DNA of 59,491 nt, counting the filler, from Dimargaris cristalligena (taxonomy: Eukaryota): the NCBI GenBank assembly GCA_003614675.1. It is 6 parts of 6 records of this genome, joined end to end, with 100 filler letters (N's around TTAATTAATTAA, not from the genome) between each part and the next. Parts side by side here need not be neighbours in the genome. Positions count along the whole stretch, not along the records: positions 39,850 to 49,680 come from ML003226.1; positions 49,781 to 59,491 come from ML003228.1; 4 more parts are not named here. One strand, 5' to 3'. The notes under the pieces are model-generated. The model worked only from the letters and a program-made list of their open reading frames with translations, was not told the origin of the DNA and did no database searches. Shown piece by piece: positions 43,529-53,855 of this stretch; the stretch's first letter is position 1, and every line of letters starts with the position of its first letter. A program made the translations under genes and the position numbers.

Positions 43529-46454
43529 TCAGGTACGTGCCTCCACTTTCCGACTGGGCGGACTGGCCACTCTACATGACCGTTTCCCCGACGGGGGACT
43601 GATCCCCGCGCCCGATAATTTCCGTCGGGAATGATGGGTATTCGACGTCGGTCGGGGTGGGGTCCGCTGGAAAGGGTCAATGAGTGGCAGCTTAGTGATG
43701 GTCGTCGGGGTTAGAACCGCGGTGTCAAATTTATCCGCATCGTCAGAAGCGGTGGAAGTAGACGCCGGCATCGGTAAATTATAAAAAGAGAGGTCGCGGG
43801 CCAAAAGGGACAACTGCCGATTCAGCGATGGGCCACCACCGCCCATTAAGCCATTTCCGGTATGGTCGTCACCCATACCACCAATACCAGAACCATGCCG
43901 TTTCAGAGCAGCAGCGCCGCCACCCCGGTCACTGGAGGCGGAGTTCATGGACAAGAGACCACCCGATCCACTGGCCTGGGAAAGGGACTCCTCCGAGGAG
44001 GTGACTGTTTCCTGGGAATAAGTGAGAGAGGGACAGTCATCCGTCAAATCAATAAAAGAGGGGTTGGCAGTAAGGGTATTGGTGCTGGTGCTGCTTCTAC
44101 TACTGGAGGTGGCTCTCCTAAAGAAGGGGCTCTTGAGTCCCGTGACCACTTTAGTACTAGACGCTGCCGCTACGTTCACTGTTGATAAGACAACTGTCGG
44201 TGGGGATGGATGGGGCCGGCTGTTGAATAGTTGCCAGGTGTTCTTGGTTGCTAAAGGGCGGGGCAGTAAATAGTGCAATTGCACGATAATGATATGTTCA
44301 ATAAAGAAAAAGACAGGGCATTAATTACAGGAAAATTATCCAAATGCATGGAGGGGGAGAAATAGTTCCATAAACGGAGTGATTGGAAAATGATATAGTC
44401 TGTAATAATAATCCTACATGGTGTCGTCTGGGACATTGCCTGGAGCAGCGTAGGTTGGTTGGCAGGCCGGCTAGTTGGTGTTGCCGCTGGAGTCGCCTTC
44501 GTAAGTGTAGACGGAGTACCAGGGCCTCGGGGTTTCAGCTTCATCCAAGAAGTACATGGATAAGATACGTACAAATAATAAGAGAGGCGAAAGTCCAGCA
44601 GACAGATAGGGTCGGGTTAGTTTAGGAGTCGGAATTTATCCGCAATAACCCACGAGCTGCAGCTGATTAGGGGGTGATGACGGCTTGTTGATGCGTAATA
44701 AACTTACCACCGTGGGACTAAGGGAGTCGCGGGGGATGATGGGCAATATAGGTTCGGGTTTAGCGCTGTTGAATGGGGTGTGGTCGACGGGGTGGATGTG
44801 GCCATCTGCAATACCGGTGGCGAGTTCCTTGCTCAGTGCGCTGTTGTCGAGGGGGGTGTGTCCCAATAGGCAATTCGTAGGCAAAATGTAAAATTTAAGA
44901 AAATACAAGCGGCAGGGGCTTGGGGTTAGATTTCCCGAGTCGACGAAAGGTAAAGGACCGCAATAGAGCAAAAGAAAAATCTAGCACGGCCCAATAATAG
45001 TTACACTTACGCGCCGATAAAATGTAGGCCCTGTTCATCCAGCCCATTCGGTATCGGATTCAAGGGTTTTACCACCCGGTCGAAGGGGTCAAACACCCGT
45101 TGGTGCAAAAACGTCCGATCCGCACGCTGAAATTCGGCCTCGTACCCCGGCGGCACCTGATATTTGCCCTCGAGCCGCAACGTCTGCAACACCCGCTCTG
45201 CCGTGACGTGTTTCTTGAGCAACTGGTACGCCGTCTTCAGGCCAATGCGTGGAATCGACGGCAAATAATCACACCCCGATAGGATACACATGTGGCGGAA
45301 CGTCTGGTCCGACCACTGGGCCATTTGCAGACCTTGTACGTGCCGGAAATTAGCGCGGCGGATTTCGACCCCGTTGCCTTGCTGGTCCAGTTTGAAAATG
45401 ACGCGCTGGCAGCCAAAAACGAGCAAATCGGAATCTTCCGTAATGACGGCATCCACGAGTCCGATTTTCTCGAGGTAGTAGAGTTGGGCGTCGGCTTCAT
45501 AAGGCGCTACAATATAGTCGACCTTCTCACGCCGGAGGCGCTCAATGAGCTGCAGGGCCAGCTCGGGGGTAATGTCAACACAACGCTGGAAGAGCTCAGT
45601 GGCCTCCCGGCGGCTTCCCCGGTGGTACAATTGGAGCGCCTGGGCCTGGGCCTTTTCCCGCTTGGCATAGCGGTCGTCTTCGGTGTATTGCTTAGAGGGC
45701 AGGGGACCGCCGTCGAATACGAGAAGGGGCTTGATATTATGGTGTTTCATGAGGTTGACAAATTGCATGCAGTATTGTACAAATCTGGGAGCAGATAAGG
45801 CCAGGGGAGGTGAGGTAGGATAGAATTGGGTATAATAGGGTGAGGCTATTAGTGTGAGTGTGTGGGGGAGGGCTAAGTATGGTACCTATTAGTCGAACGA
45901 CGTTAAACTGGTTGCTTAATGCAAATAAATTAAATAACCAAGAAAATGGCCCGAATTCCACCAGCTGGCGAGATGGGATGTGATGGAAATTATCGTCACG
46001 GCGGGAGATAAAAATTGACGCAATGTCCTACGATCAGCAGGACTGATGATGATTATTATTAAATGACTATGCCCCAGAATGGCATCACTCTTAATTGAAA
46101 ATTGTCTTTACTTTAAGTCCACGATCACTTGCTTAAATCAGCGTCACCAAAGCGGAAAATCCAACTAGAAGTAACCTCCAAATGTATATGTATATATATA
46201 TATATATAGATATATCGACATATGACCATAATGTATTATTTTTCTTCCAAATCAATAAATAATTATTTTTTCTTAAAAAAAAAAAAGACTTACCGGTCAG
46301 TAGGTTTGTTGAGCCCAATTTCCGTGGCACAGCCAAAAGCACCCTTATGGAGCCAGACGTAGGCGTCGATGGCCACACAGCAGCCGGACAGGTCGCTTAG
46401 GTGAACCGGCTGCTGGATAGACTTGAGGAGCGGCAATAGTTGGCTGATCCCCAT
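43529..46454 (-). CDS. EXO1: Exonuclease 1 (XPG/Rad2 family); predicted exons 46454-46294, 45784-45011, 44840-44708, 44538-44418, 44250-43529
   Basis: MGISQLLPLLK...VAIDAYVWLHKGAFGC; LLVFDGGPLPSK; YIVAPYEADAQL; ITEDSDLLVFG; MCILSGCDYLPSI; TFLHQRVFDP. All four GT-AG junctions keep frame; the 3' exons are less certain. Confidence 0.9.
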
Positions 46455-48033
46455 TCTCAAATTCGGCTTAGGCTTAGATGTAGCGGGGTGGGCCGGGGGG
46501 TGTGTAGAGGGGGATTCCAAGGGCAGACTAAGTTAGGGACGGTCCCAATAAGTAGAATAAATAACGGAACCGGAGGACATTCAATAACCCTGCCAAGGCA
46601 ATGGGCGAAGGGTTTCGAAATCGCCGGAGCGGATTGGCCGTCGAATGCTATATAACCTTCAAGGGGATAAGAGCAATGGAGTCTAATAGGGAGAGTGCAG
46701 TCCGATAAAGTATATATAAATAGGTAAATAAATATGAAGTACTATCCAGCCGGCAAGTGGTAAAAGGATTGAAGGAACCAGGTCGGAGTTTGAGGGCTTA
46801 GCTAGACCAAGCCAAGGGACATAAATGTGGCATTATTATACCTGGAAATCCAGCCTAAAAAAAGGGCCTAGCATGGGTTCATAGGGTGCGGACCGTATTT
46901 CAAGTGGCTAGATGTGGGTTGAAAACCCCTTCGCCTTTTCCCCCCTACATTAGTTTCCCTAGTGGGCTATATATTGACCAATCCCAGTCATGGCTTCTCC
47001 CCTCCCCTTCCAGTTGACAATAGTAGTAGTAGTAGCAATAGTGGAGGGACCCATACCCAATGAACCCACGACTTGCGCATGTCGATAATCTAAACACTTC
47101 ACAGCAGCTCCTTTTGTTTATGTTTTGCTAATGCCTACCATAAAGTGACTGCGCCATGGCCCCCCTACTGAGCCCAACCACCTAGGTGCGTATATCATCA
47201 GTATCACCATCGATTGGCCTGGACTGGAAGTACCAGATTTTGCATCAAGTCCACCGACCGCAGTGACCACGCTATATTGGTACCCTAATATGGCCCAACA
47301 CACTTGCCTAAATACCTTGGCATATTCTGCCCAATATGTCTACTAATTACAGTGATTGTAAATAGTCGGCGGTACGATTGGTTTTATCAAAACGCGTTTA
47401 TTCGGAAACTCCACTAAGAACCAGGGCACAGTAAGTCGCACTTAAGTATCCGCATAGACAGCACAACTCCTCACGCCAATTCAAATACAGATAAGCCGAC
47501 ATGGACTACAAGACAGAGAGATTCGCAATCACAACCGAGTGCAGTATAACACTAAAAGCAAATAGCGTGTTCATTCCAATACTTAATTAATCCGGTTGTA
47601 ACAAAGCAGGGGAGCTAGAAAAAAATATCCCTGCCACAACCCAAACACAGAAATTTAAATGAAATTAAACCAAACATTTCAAGGTCAGATATCGATGAAA
47701 AAATTAAAATATAAATTCTGGAAGGCAAATGAGAGAATTCAGCGATAGAGAGATTAGTATATATGTACAACTGTAAAGCAATAACCAAGCAATTTGTCAA
47801 GGTTAACCATGAAATAAAAACAATAATCGTATTTCAAATAGATCCGTCTGTAGAAATAACTCAAGGGTAAAAGCAAATTTCCAAAATAATAATAATAATA
47901 ATAATATGATATTCCCCTTTAAACGAAAACAAGATGAAAATTCGGTAATGAGCTATTGTGAAGAAACAAGGGGGAGAGGGTTCCAACATTTGCAAAATCG
48001 CTCGTTTTTATATAATGAGTAAATGCGTGGGGT

Positions 48034-49647
48034 TTAACTCGACGCCATGCGGTAAATGTTGACAGGCTGGTGGCCAACCGACCCATTGGACGTGGCGACC
48101 GGTGTCGGATGAGCCCCGAAAATCGAATGCGCCCCATAAGCTGGAGTACTCGCCATGGGATTGCCGAAAGCCTGAGCAAAAGGGTTTAAGTTGGCAAATG
48201 GATCCGGCTGATTCCCGTTCGAGGCATTAAGCGAGACGGGGGCAGAGGGCGGTCCCAACGCGCCACCATTCATGGGTACGGGCGAAGGGCGAAAGTGGGA
48301 CGGTGACTGGGTTAATTGTTGTCGCTGCTGGTGGTATGAGTGTTGGGATGGCTGTAATTGAGGATACGCTGGATTACTGCCATTCATCAATCCAATAAAT
48401 GAATGAGGAGAGGATGGGGTCGGCGGCGTAGGTCCATTATCTTTAAAGGGCATCATATGGGTGTTGTTACCATTCGAATTAAACGGCGGGAACAGCGGCG
48501 ACGGCTGGGTCTGGCTCACAGTATGTGCCCGTGGTGAGAGGTGACCTTGGCTGGAGGCCGGTGTGGGGTGGGTGTGGTGGCTAAAGAATGGGTTGGTGGG
48601 GGTAGTGGCTGTGGATGAATAGCTCGGATGGGTCTGAGTTACTGGCATAGTGAAGTTGCGGGTAGGTGCGGGGGGGTTGGTTAGACCCAGGGATAAGGGG
48701 GCTATAGCGCTATTGCTATGGGCCGTGGGGGTAGTCACCATACCACTATATGATTGGATGGAGTGGCCCGAGGTAGGAGGAAGGGACATGGGTTGGCGGG
48801 CAGCCAGTTGCATCCAAGGATCAACAGTCGGCCCGGAAGAACCAGGGCCCTGGGTAAAGCTATTCGGGGCAGTCATTGTATTTGACCGGCTCAACGATGT
48901 GGAATTGGGCGGTTGGCCTCCCGTAAAGGGGTTAGACATAGCCGGGGCGGTGGTGTATGATGCTGTCGGAGTCGGATGGGGTGCCGCACGGGACACCATG
49001 GAAGCCATCCCCAACTGCCCATTGTGCGCACTGTGTCCACCACCCATGGCCGTAGGTATCAGAGGGGCTGCTAATCCACCGGATTGGCTAAAGGCCATAC
49101 TAACGGATGGGACTGGACCGGCGGGAATCAGCAATTGTTGGGCAGGAAGGGCCTCTGCAGAGGGCATGGTACTGGCGCGAGTCGGTGGAAACCCAAGTGC
49201 ATCCATTTGAGTAAAGAAGGGGTTACTGGCGGATAAAGAAGCCAGCGGAGCAGCCGCGGTGGAGGTCATGGTCACGGTGGGGCTCGAATTTAGAGGCCGG
49301 CGACTGGTAATTTGAACTTGGCCGAGCTGGCGGGTCACTTCCACTACAGGGGTAAGTTGGGGGTTAGGGACCGTGGGTACGGCCAGCTTGGGTTCTTTAA
49401 GAGAGGGCATGCTTCGGACTCGATTCAGCGAAGGACCACCGGGTCGGGGGAGCGGTTTTGTGGCGGCGGATGGGGCTAGAGTCGACCCATTATGGTAGGC
49501 CCGATCCTCAGTGACGGAAGAAAGGGTGGCGGAGGAATCACCCGAAGTACGGCTTTCAATGGAGGGCCGGGATCGGTGATGGGTTGAGTTGGGGGCAGCC
49601 AGTCGTGGGGATAAAATGGCTGTCGCAGCGGGCTTGATGGGAGCAGC
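48034..49647 (-). CDS. Terminal exon of a 5'-truncated gene; Pro/Ser/Thr-rich tail with NPF/DPF/DPW motifs (endocytic adaptor-like)
   Basis: Frame is open from a CAG acceptor at 49650-49648 to the stop at 48034; motifs SNPFF, SNPFT, TNPFF, DPW, DPFANLNPF. Upstream exons lie beyond the contig end. Confidence 0.7.
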   Translation of the reverse strand, partial: AAPIKPAATAILSPRLAAPNSTHHRSRPSIESRTSGDSSATLSSVTEDRAYHNGSTLAPSAATKPLPRPGGPSLNRVRSMPSLKEPKLAVPTVPNPQLTPVVEVTRQLGQVQITSRRPLNSSPTVTMTSTAAAPLASLSASNPFFTQMDALGFPPTRASTMPSAEALPAQQLLIPAGPVPSVSMAFSQSGGLAAPLIPTAMGGGHSAHNGQLGMASMVSRAAPHPTPTASYTTAPAMSNPFTGGQPPNSTSLSRSNTMTAPNSFTQGPGSSGPTVDPWMQLAARQPMSLPPTSGHSIQSYSGMVTTPTAHSNSAIAPLSLGLTNPPAPTRNFTMPVTQTHPSYSSTATTPTNPFFSHHTHPTPASSQGHLSPRAHTVSQTQPSPLFPPFNSNGNNTHMMPFKDNGPTPPTPSSPHSFIGLMNGSNPAYPQLQPSQHSYHQQRQQLTQSPSHFRPSPVPMNGGALGPPSAPVSLNASNGNQPDPFANLNPFAQAFGNPMASTPAYGAHSIFGAHPTPVATSNGSVGHQPVNIYRMASS

Positions 49648-49680
49648 CTGGATAAATGGGGGGGGGGGGGGTAGTGATAA

Positions 49681-49780
49681 NNNNNNNNNNNNNNNNNNNN
49701 NNNNNNNNNNNNNNNNNNNNNNNNTTAATTAATTAANNNNNNNNNNNNNNNNNNNNNNNNNNNNNNNNNNNNNNNNNNNN
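49681..49780. other. Artificial contig linker
   Basis: 44 N + TTAATTAATTAA + 44 N. Confidence 0.98.
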
Positions 49781-49926
49781 CAAAACTCTCAGGTGGCGAC
49801 TTAGTGGCCAGCCAAGAGACGGATAAATAAAGGTGCACTAACTGTAACAATCCACCGGATTGGCCCCCTATTTAATACAATTTATGATGTGGACATTTAT
49901 TGGTAGGAGTATGTAGCAAAAAAATG
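49781..49926 (+). repeat. Repeat family 3, left copy at the contig-6 start (inverted relative to 59345-59491)
   Basis: AAAACTCTCAGGTGGCGACTTAGTGGCCAGCCAA...GGATAAATAAAGGTGCACTAACTGTAACAATCCACCGGATTGGCCCC matches the reverse complement of the window end. Confidence 0.88.
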
Positions 49927-50252
49927 GATGTCGAAATGCAACACAGCTGTATGAAATTAAGACTGGGGTGGGAATTGTCAAATGGGCATGAATTGAGCGG
50001 AAAATCGGAAAGAAATTGGTAAATGGTGTCATAAATGTGTCGTAAAGGTCGTGAGTAGAGCTGTCATAGTTGATGATTTATTTTTTAAAAAAATGTAGCA
50101 GTATAAACATAATGGCGCATGTATATGTATATGTATTTGTTTGGGTATAGGTATAACTCGGGCAAAGAACCACCTCATCCCTAAAATTTGGGTGGATAAT
50201 GGACAGGGCGTCGATCTACTAACCGGGGAAGATTTCAAGATGAGAGGCGAAT

Positions 50253-53200
50253 CTAAACACTCTGCAGGGACGCATTACTTTCTCGCCTACGTAATTCGGC
50301 CCGCTGTTCGCGGTTTTTAGTGAGCATACGAGGCAAGGGGTTATAAATATGCCAACCCATCTCATATTCGTTCCAGTCAACGCGGTAACTATCGAATTTG
50401 GCCGGATCAGCCGGGTTAGAGGTAAAATCCGCAGTCGGCGCGGTTGTAGACGCGGTTTTGGTATCCGACGGAGGGGTAATGGTCGGCCGGGGCACGTTGG
50501 TATCAATGTGCGGGGGCTTTGAGCCGATTGAGGTAGCGGTCGCCGGCAGCTTTCCATCGCGGGCAGTCAGCGGTCGAGACCCTACGTGGTGGTTTGGCAG
50601 TGAAGGGGTGTCACTGTAAGCGGCAGTGGGAGTCGGTTGGGCCGAGGCTGATCGGGTAGCCTGGGCATCCCCACCATTCGTATATAATGCAACGCCAGGT
50701 TTGGAGGCTGCTCGAGGTGTCCGACTATTGACCACCGAGGTAGTAATGGAGGAGTTACTATGCTCCCTTGGTGACTGTTGGTTTCCGTTAAGGATACGAA
50801 CTGAATTCGGGTCCACCCAATGAAGGGTCGATTGGGCCACCGAGGAAGCGGATGGGGCGGGTGTGACCCCATGAGTGGTACTTTCGCTCTTGGCCGGTGG
50901 TGATTGCTGCTGCTGGCGCTGATTCTGCGATAGGCAGGGGGGTGGCGACTGAGCCTGAGCCTGCGCCTCGGCCGGAACCGACTCAAACGCCACTACGGTG
51001 GTCATATCAAGGAAAGGAGGGACAGTTTGGATGCCCAAGACCATTAATTCATGTTCTAGCTCGGCACTGACGGTTGTTCGAATTTGTAAAGTATGGTGGA
51101 ATGGGCGCGGTAGCCACATTGGGTGGGTATACGAAGGGACTGAGGCAGGGCCAGGGGATGGGTTGGACACAGAATTCCCTGGGCGTTGATTCTTAGAGGA
51201 AGAAGCAGTAAAATCAACCGCTTCCCCTGGGGTTACGGATAGCTGGGTCGTAGCGAGGACCTGCTTATCTAGACCGGGAAGAAACTGGGCGGCTAGCTGC
51301 GAGTGCCATTGGTTAACCAGGCGTGTTAATGGGGTATTTTCTGCGGCAGAGTTAGCGACATCACTGTCGGGATTGGCATAACTGGGGGCATTCGATTCAT
51401 CACTGACAGCGGGGTAACTAGAGGTTGGCTGGTGAGAGCCGGAAATGGTATGGGGCCATAGGAGAGGGGAGTTCACTGACGACCCGTTGTATATCGAGCC
51501 TAAATGTGATGTTTGGTAGCTATAAGGGGGGTGGACCATCATCGAGGAATCTGAGGCAGGCAGATGGGCAAATCCAGTCTTGGGCACAGGTACCACCGAC
51601 TGCCCCCTATGTCCATTAGAGGTGAGATGGGGACTGGCGGCTTGGCGTACTGATTGGTGTGGGGACGAGGGGCCTGAATAAAAACCAGCAATGGTGGTAT
51701 GGGCCTGCGACCAGCTACCTCCCGGAGTTGGGGAACCGCCAGGGGTAGGAGTACACCCGCCAAAATGGTCTGACTGATGGGTAGATGTACCATTCACATT
51801 GTAGTACCGTTGGTCGCGGGGGAGTGTAGAATGGCTGCTGGCCCGAGACGTATGCGAATATTGTGGGTGATCATTTGGTTGATGCTGGTGATGATGATGA
51901 TGCTGCTGCTGCTGGGGCGGGTGCTGGTCAGTGTGTGGGTGGTGTTGATTGCGTCCATGGTGAGATGGATTGGGGTATTGGCCATGCTGATGGTTAAGAA
52001 GTTCCGGGTGGGAATGGGGGTGTATGTCCTGGCCAGAAGCATGGCTGGCTGTAGATCGGCGTCGTGACGACGAAGGGGTGGACGCGGGTGAATATGAGGG
52101 GGATGAGGAATTCCCCTGGGGTGATTCGGCTAATTGATACCGCGTTTGGTAAAGGGGGGTACCACCGTGACTGGGCTGATGCGGAGCCGCGGCAGAGTCC
52201 GACGAACTGGTGGAAGAAAATACACTGTGAGGCGAGGAGGTCCGCCAGGGAGATGTGGGGCGGCGGTCGGATACCGGCCGTTCTACTGCACCCTGCTGTT
52301 CGGAATTGGCTTGGGAAGGGGGGGTGGAAGGATAGCTTTGCTGGGATGCCAAATACGCGTTGTCGCAAAGGAAATGCGAGTGGTACTGAGGATTGTGTGC
52401 TGGGGAGGAGGACTCCTGCAACCCACCAAAATGGGGAGCGGACGATGGATGTTGATGGCGCAGCTGATGGTTATGGTTAAGGTTATGGTCGGTGTGCTGC
52501 TGATGCAGATGTCTTTGCCGTTCTTGGTTAAATTGCTCCTCTTGACGATACCATTGGCTCTTTTGATACTCATTATCCGAGTGATGTTTGGGGGCCGACT
52601 CGCGAGGGGGAGTGGGGTGTAAATCATGTGCAGCCTGCGATGTAGTCGCTAATCTATTTCGGCTTTCGTGAGATGAAGAATGCACCTGGAGAGACTGGCC
52701 AGGCCACTGTTCGTGTTGGGCGAAGATGGCAGTGGGGGTGAAATCCGGTTGCCAAGGCGAGGCTTGGTAATTGGGTGGGTAGGCTTGAGGAAGAAGTGGG
52801 GTGGCTCTATTCAGTTGAAATGGAGAGGGTGGTTCAGCAGGCGCAAGAGCCTGGGGGGCTGCAGACTGGCCTTGGTGCGGGTAATGCCAGTGGGATTCAC
52901 CGGGGGCAGAAGGCCGGGCCTGGTCCACAGTAATGTAGTCAAAAGTCGAGCGATAAGCCGGCTTACCTAGATTATCCGATGGTACCAGGTCCTCAAGGGC
53001 CGAGTGGGGAGAGGCTCGGTCAGTTTGGTCGGAATAGAAGGGATTCGTGTTACCCTTTGTATCGAAGGCCGGTGAATTGGCTTTATTGGACCATTCCCAT
53101 TGGTAGTCCCACCATTTTTCGTAAAAAGCTCGCCAATCGGCCCTTTCGCTCGGTCCCAGACAAATCGACCCGTCGGAAAACCGGCGGCACCTCCAGGGCT

Positions 53201-53855
53201 TTCCGTGCCCAATGAAATGAACTACCCGCACCCGATCGCCGAACCGCTGAAAAGCAGGGGCATAACTGTACCCGGCCGACGCCGTAAAGTTGTCGGCGAA
53301 AGCCAGCCGCTGCTCAGGTCCTGCGGTGGACCAGTTACTGAAATGGTCGTTCAATAAGCCCTGGTCTCCGCCGTCAAAGCTGCCCTCCTGCTCGGCCCGG
53401 GACCGCAGGGAAGCCCAAGTACGTTGGTCAGGGGTACATACCATGACGCCCGAATTAAAACAGTCGGGCCAACCAATATCCGGGGCGGCGGCAAAAGGAC
53501 CCTTGGTGGCGAATAAGTCGTCCAGGTTCCGTAGGACCAGGGTATCGGCATCGAGGAATACGATTTTGCTGTATTCGGTAAGGCGCCATAGTTCGAATTT
53601 GGTCCATGTCACCCCCAAGTCGGGTCGCCCGAGCAATTTAAGGTTGGTGTGGTCGCCAGAGTCGAAAGGGGATACGGGAACGACCCGGTCAAAAGAGGTG
53701 TAGAGTATGTCCGTGGCGGCTGGAGTCAAGGTGGATGGGGTAATGAGACACACCAGTGGGTAGGATGTACCGGACTGCCGCAGGGAGTGGGCTAGGACGA
53801 CGGCCCCCTGGGCATAGTCGTTGGATGTGACCAAAGTCACATAGGCGTACGACAT
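50253..53855 (-). CDS. GLG1: Glycogenin (GT8) with a very long low-complexity C-terminal extension (1200 aa)
   Basis: AYVTLVTSNDYAQGAVVLAHSLR, LLGRPDLGVTWTKFELWRLTEYSKIVFLDADTLVL, AAAPDIGWPDCFNSGV, SFDGGDQGLLN, YSYAPAF, VVHFIGHGKPW. Confidence 0.92.
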   Translation of the reverse strand: MSYAYVTLVTSNDYAQGAVVLAHSLRQSGTSYPLVCLITPSTLTPAATDILYTSFDRVVPVSPFDSGDHTNLKLLGRPDLGVTWTKFELWRLTEYSKIVFLDADTLVLRNLDDLFATKGPFAAAPDIGWPDCFNSGVMVCTPDQRTWASLRSRAEQEGSFDGGDQGLLNDHFSNWSTAGPEQRLAFADNFTASAGYSYAPAFQRFGDRVRVVHFIGHGKPWRCRRFSDGSICLGPSERADWRAFYEKWWDYQWEWSNKANSPAFDTKGNTNPFYSDQTDRASPHSALEDLVPSDNLGKPAYRSTFDYITVDQARPSAPGESHWHYPHQGQSAAPQALAPAEPPSPFQLNRATPLLPQAYPPNYQASPWQPDFTPTAIFAQHEQWPGQSLQVHSSSHESRNRLATTSQAAHDLHPTPPRESAPKHHSDNEYQKSQWYRQEEQFNQERQRHLHQQHTDHNLNHNHQLRHQHPSSAPHFGGLQESSSPAHNPQYHSHFLCDNAYLASQQSYPSTPPSQANSEQQGAVERPVSDRRPTSPWRTSSPHSVFSSTSSSDSAAAPHQPSHGGTPLYQTRYQLAESPQGNSSSPSYSPASTPSSSRRRSTASHASGQDIHPHSHPELLNHQHGQYPNPSHHGRNQHHPHTDQHPPQQQQHHHHHQHQPNDHPQYSHTSRASSHSTLPRDQRYYNVNGTSTHQSDHFGGCTPTPGGSPTPGGSWSQAHTTIAGFYSGPSSPHQSVRQAASPHLTSNGHRGQSVVPVPKTGFAHLPASDSSMMVHPPYSYQTSHLGSIYNGSSVNSPLLWPHTISGSHQPTSSYPAVSDESNAPSYANPDSDVANSAAENTPLTRLVNQWHSQLAAQFLPGLDKQVLATTQLSVTPGEAVDFTASSSKNQRPGNSVSNPSPGPASVPSYTHPMWLPRPFHHTLQIRTTVSAELEHELMVLGIQTVPPFLDMTTVVAFESVPAEAQAQAQSPPPCLSQNQRQQQQSPPAKSESTTHGVTPAPSASSVAQSTLHWVDPNSVRILNGNQQSPREHSNSSITTSVVNSRTPRAASKPGVALYTNGGDAQATRSASAQPTPTAAYSDTPSLPNHHVGSRPLTARDGKLPATATSIGSKPPHIDTNVPRPTITPPSDTKTASTTAPTADFTSNPADPAKFDSYRVDWNEYEMGWHIYNPLPRMLTKNREQRAELRRRESNASLQSV

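Noticed and set aside
45785-46293. Possible intronic C/D snoRNA in EXO1 intron 1
   Set aside because: Only an imperfect C box (GTGATGC) and a CTGA on the sense strand, with no terminal stem or recognisable rRNA guide.
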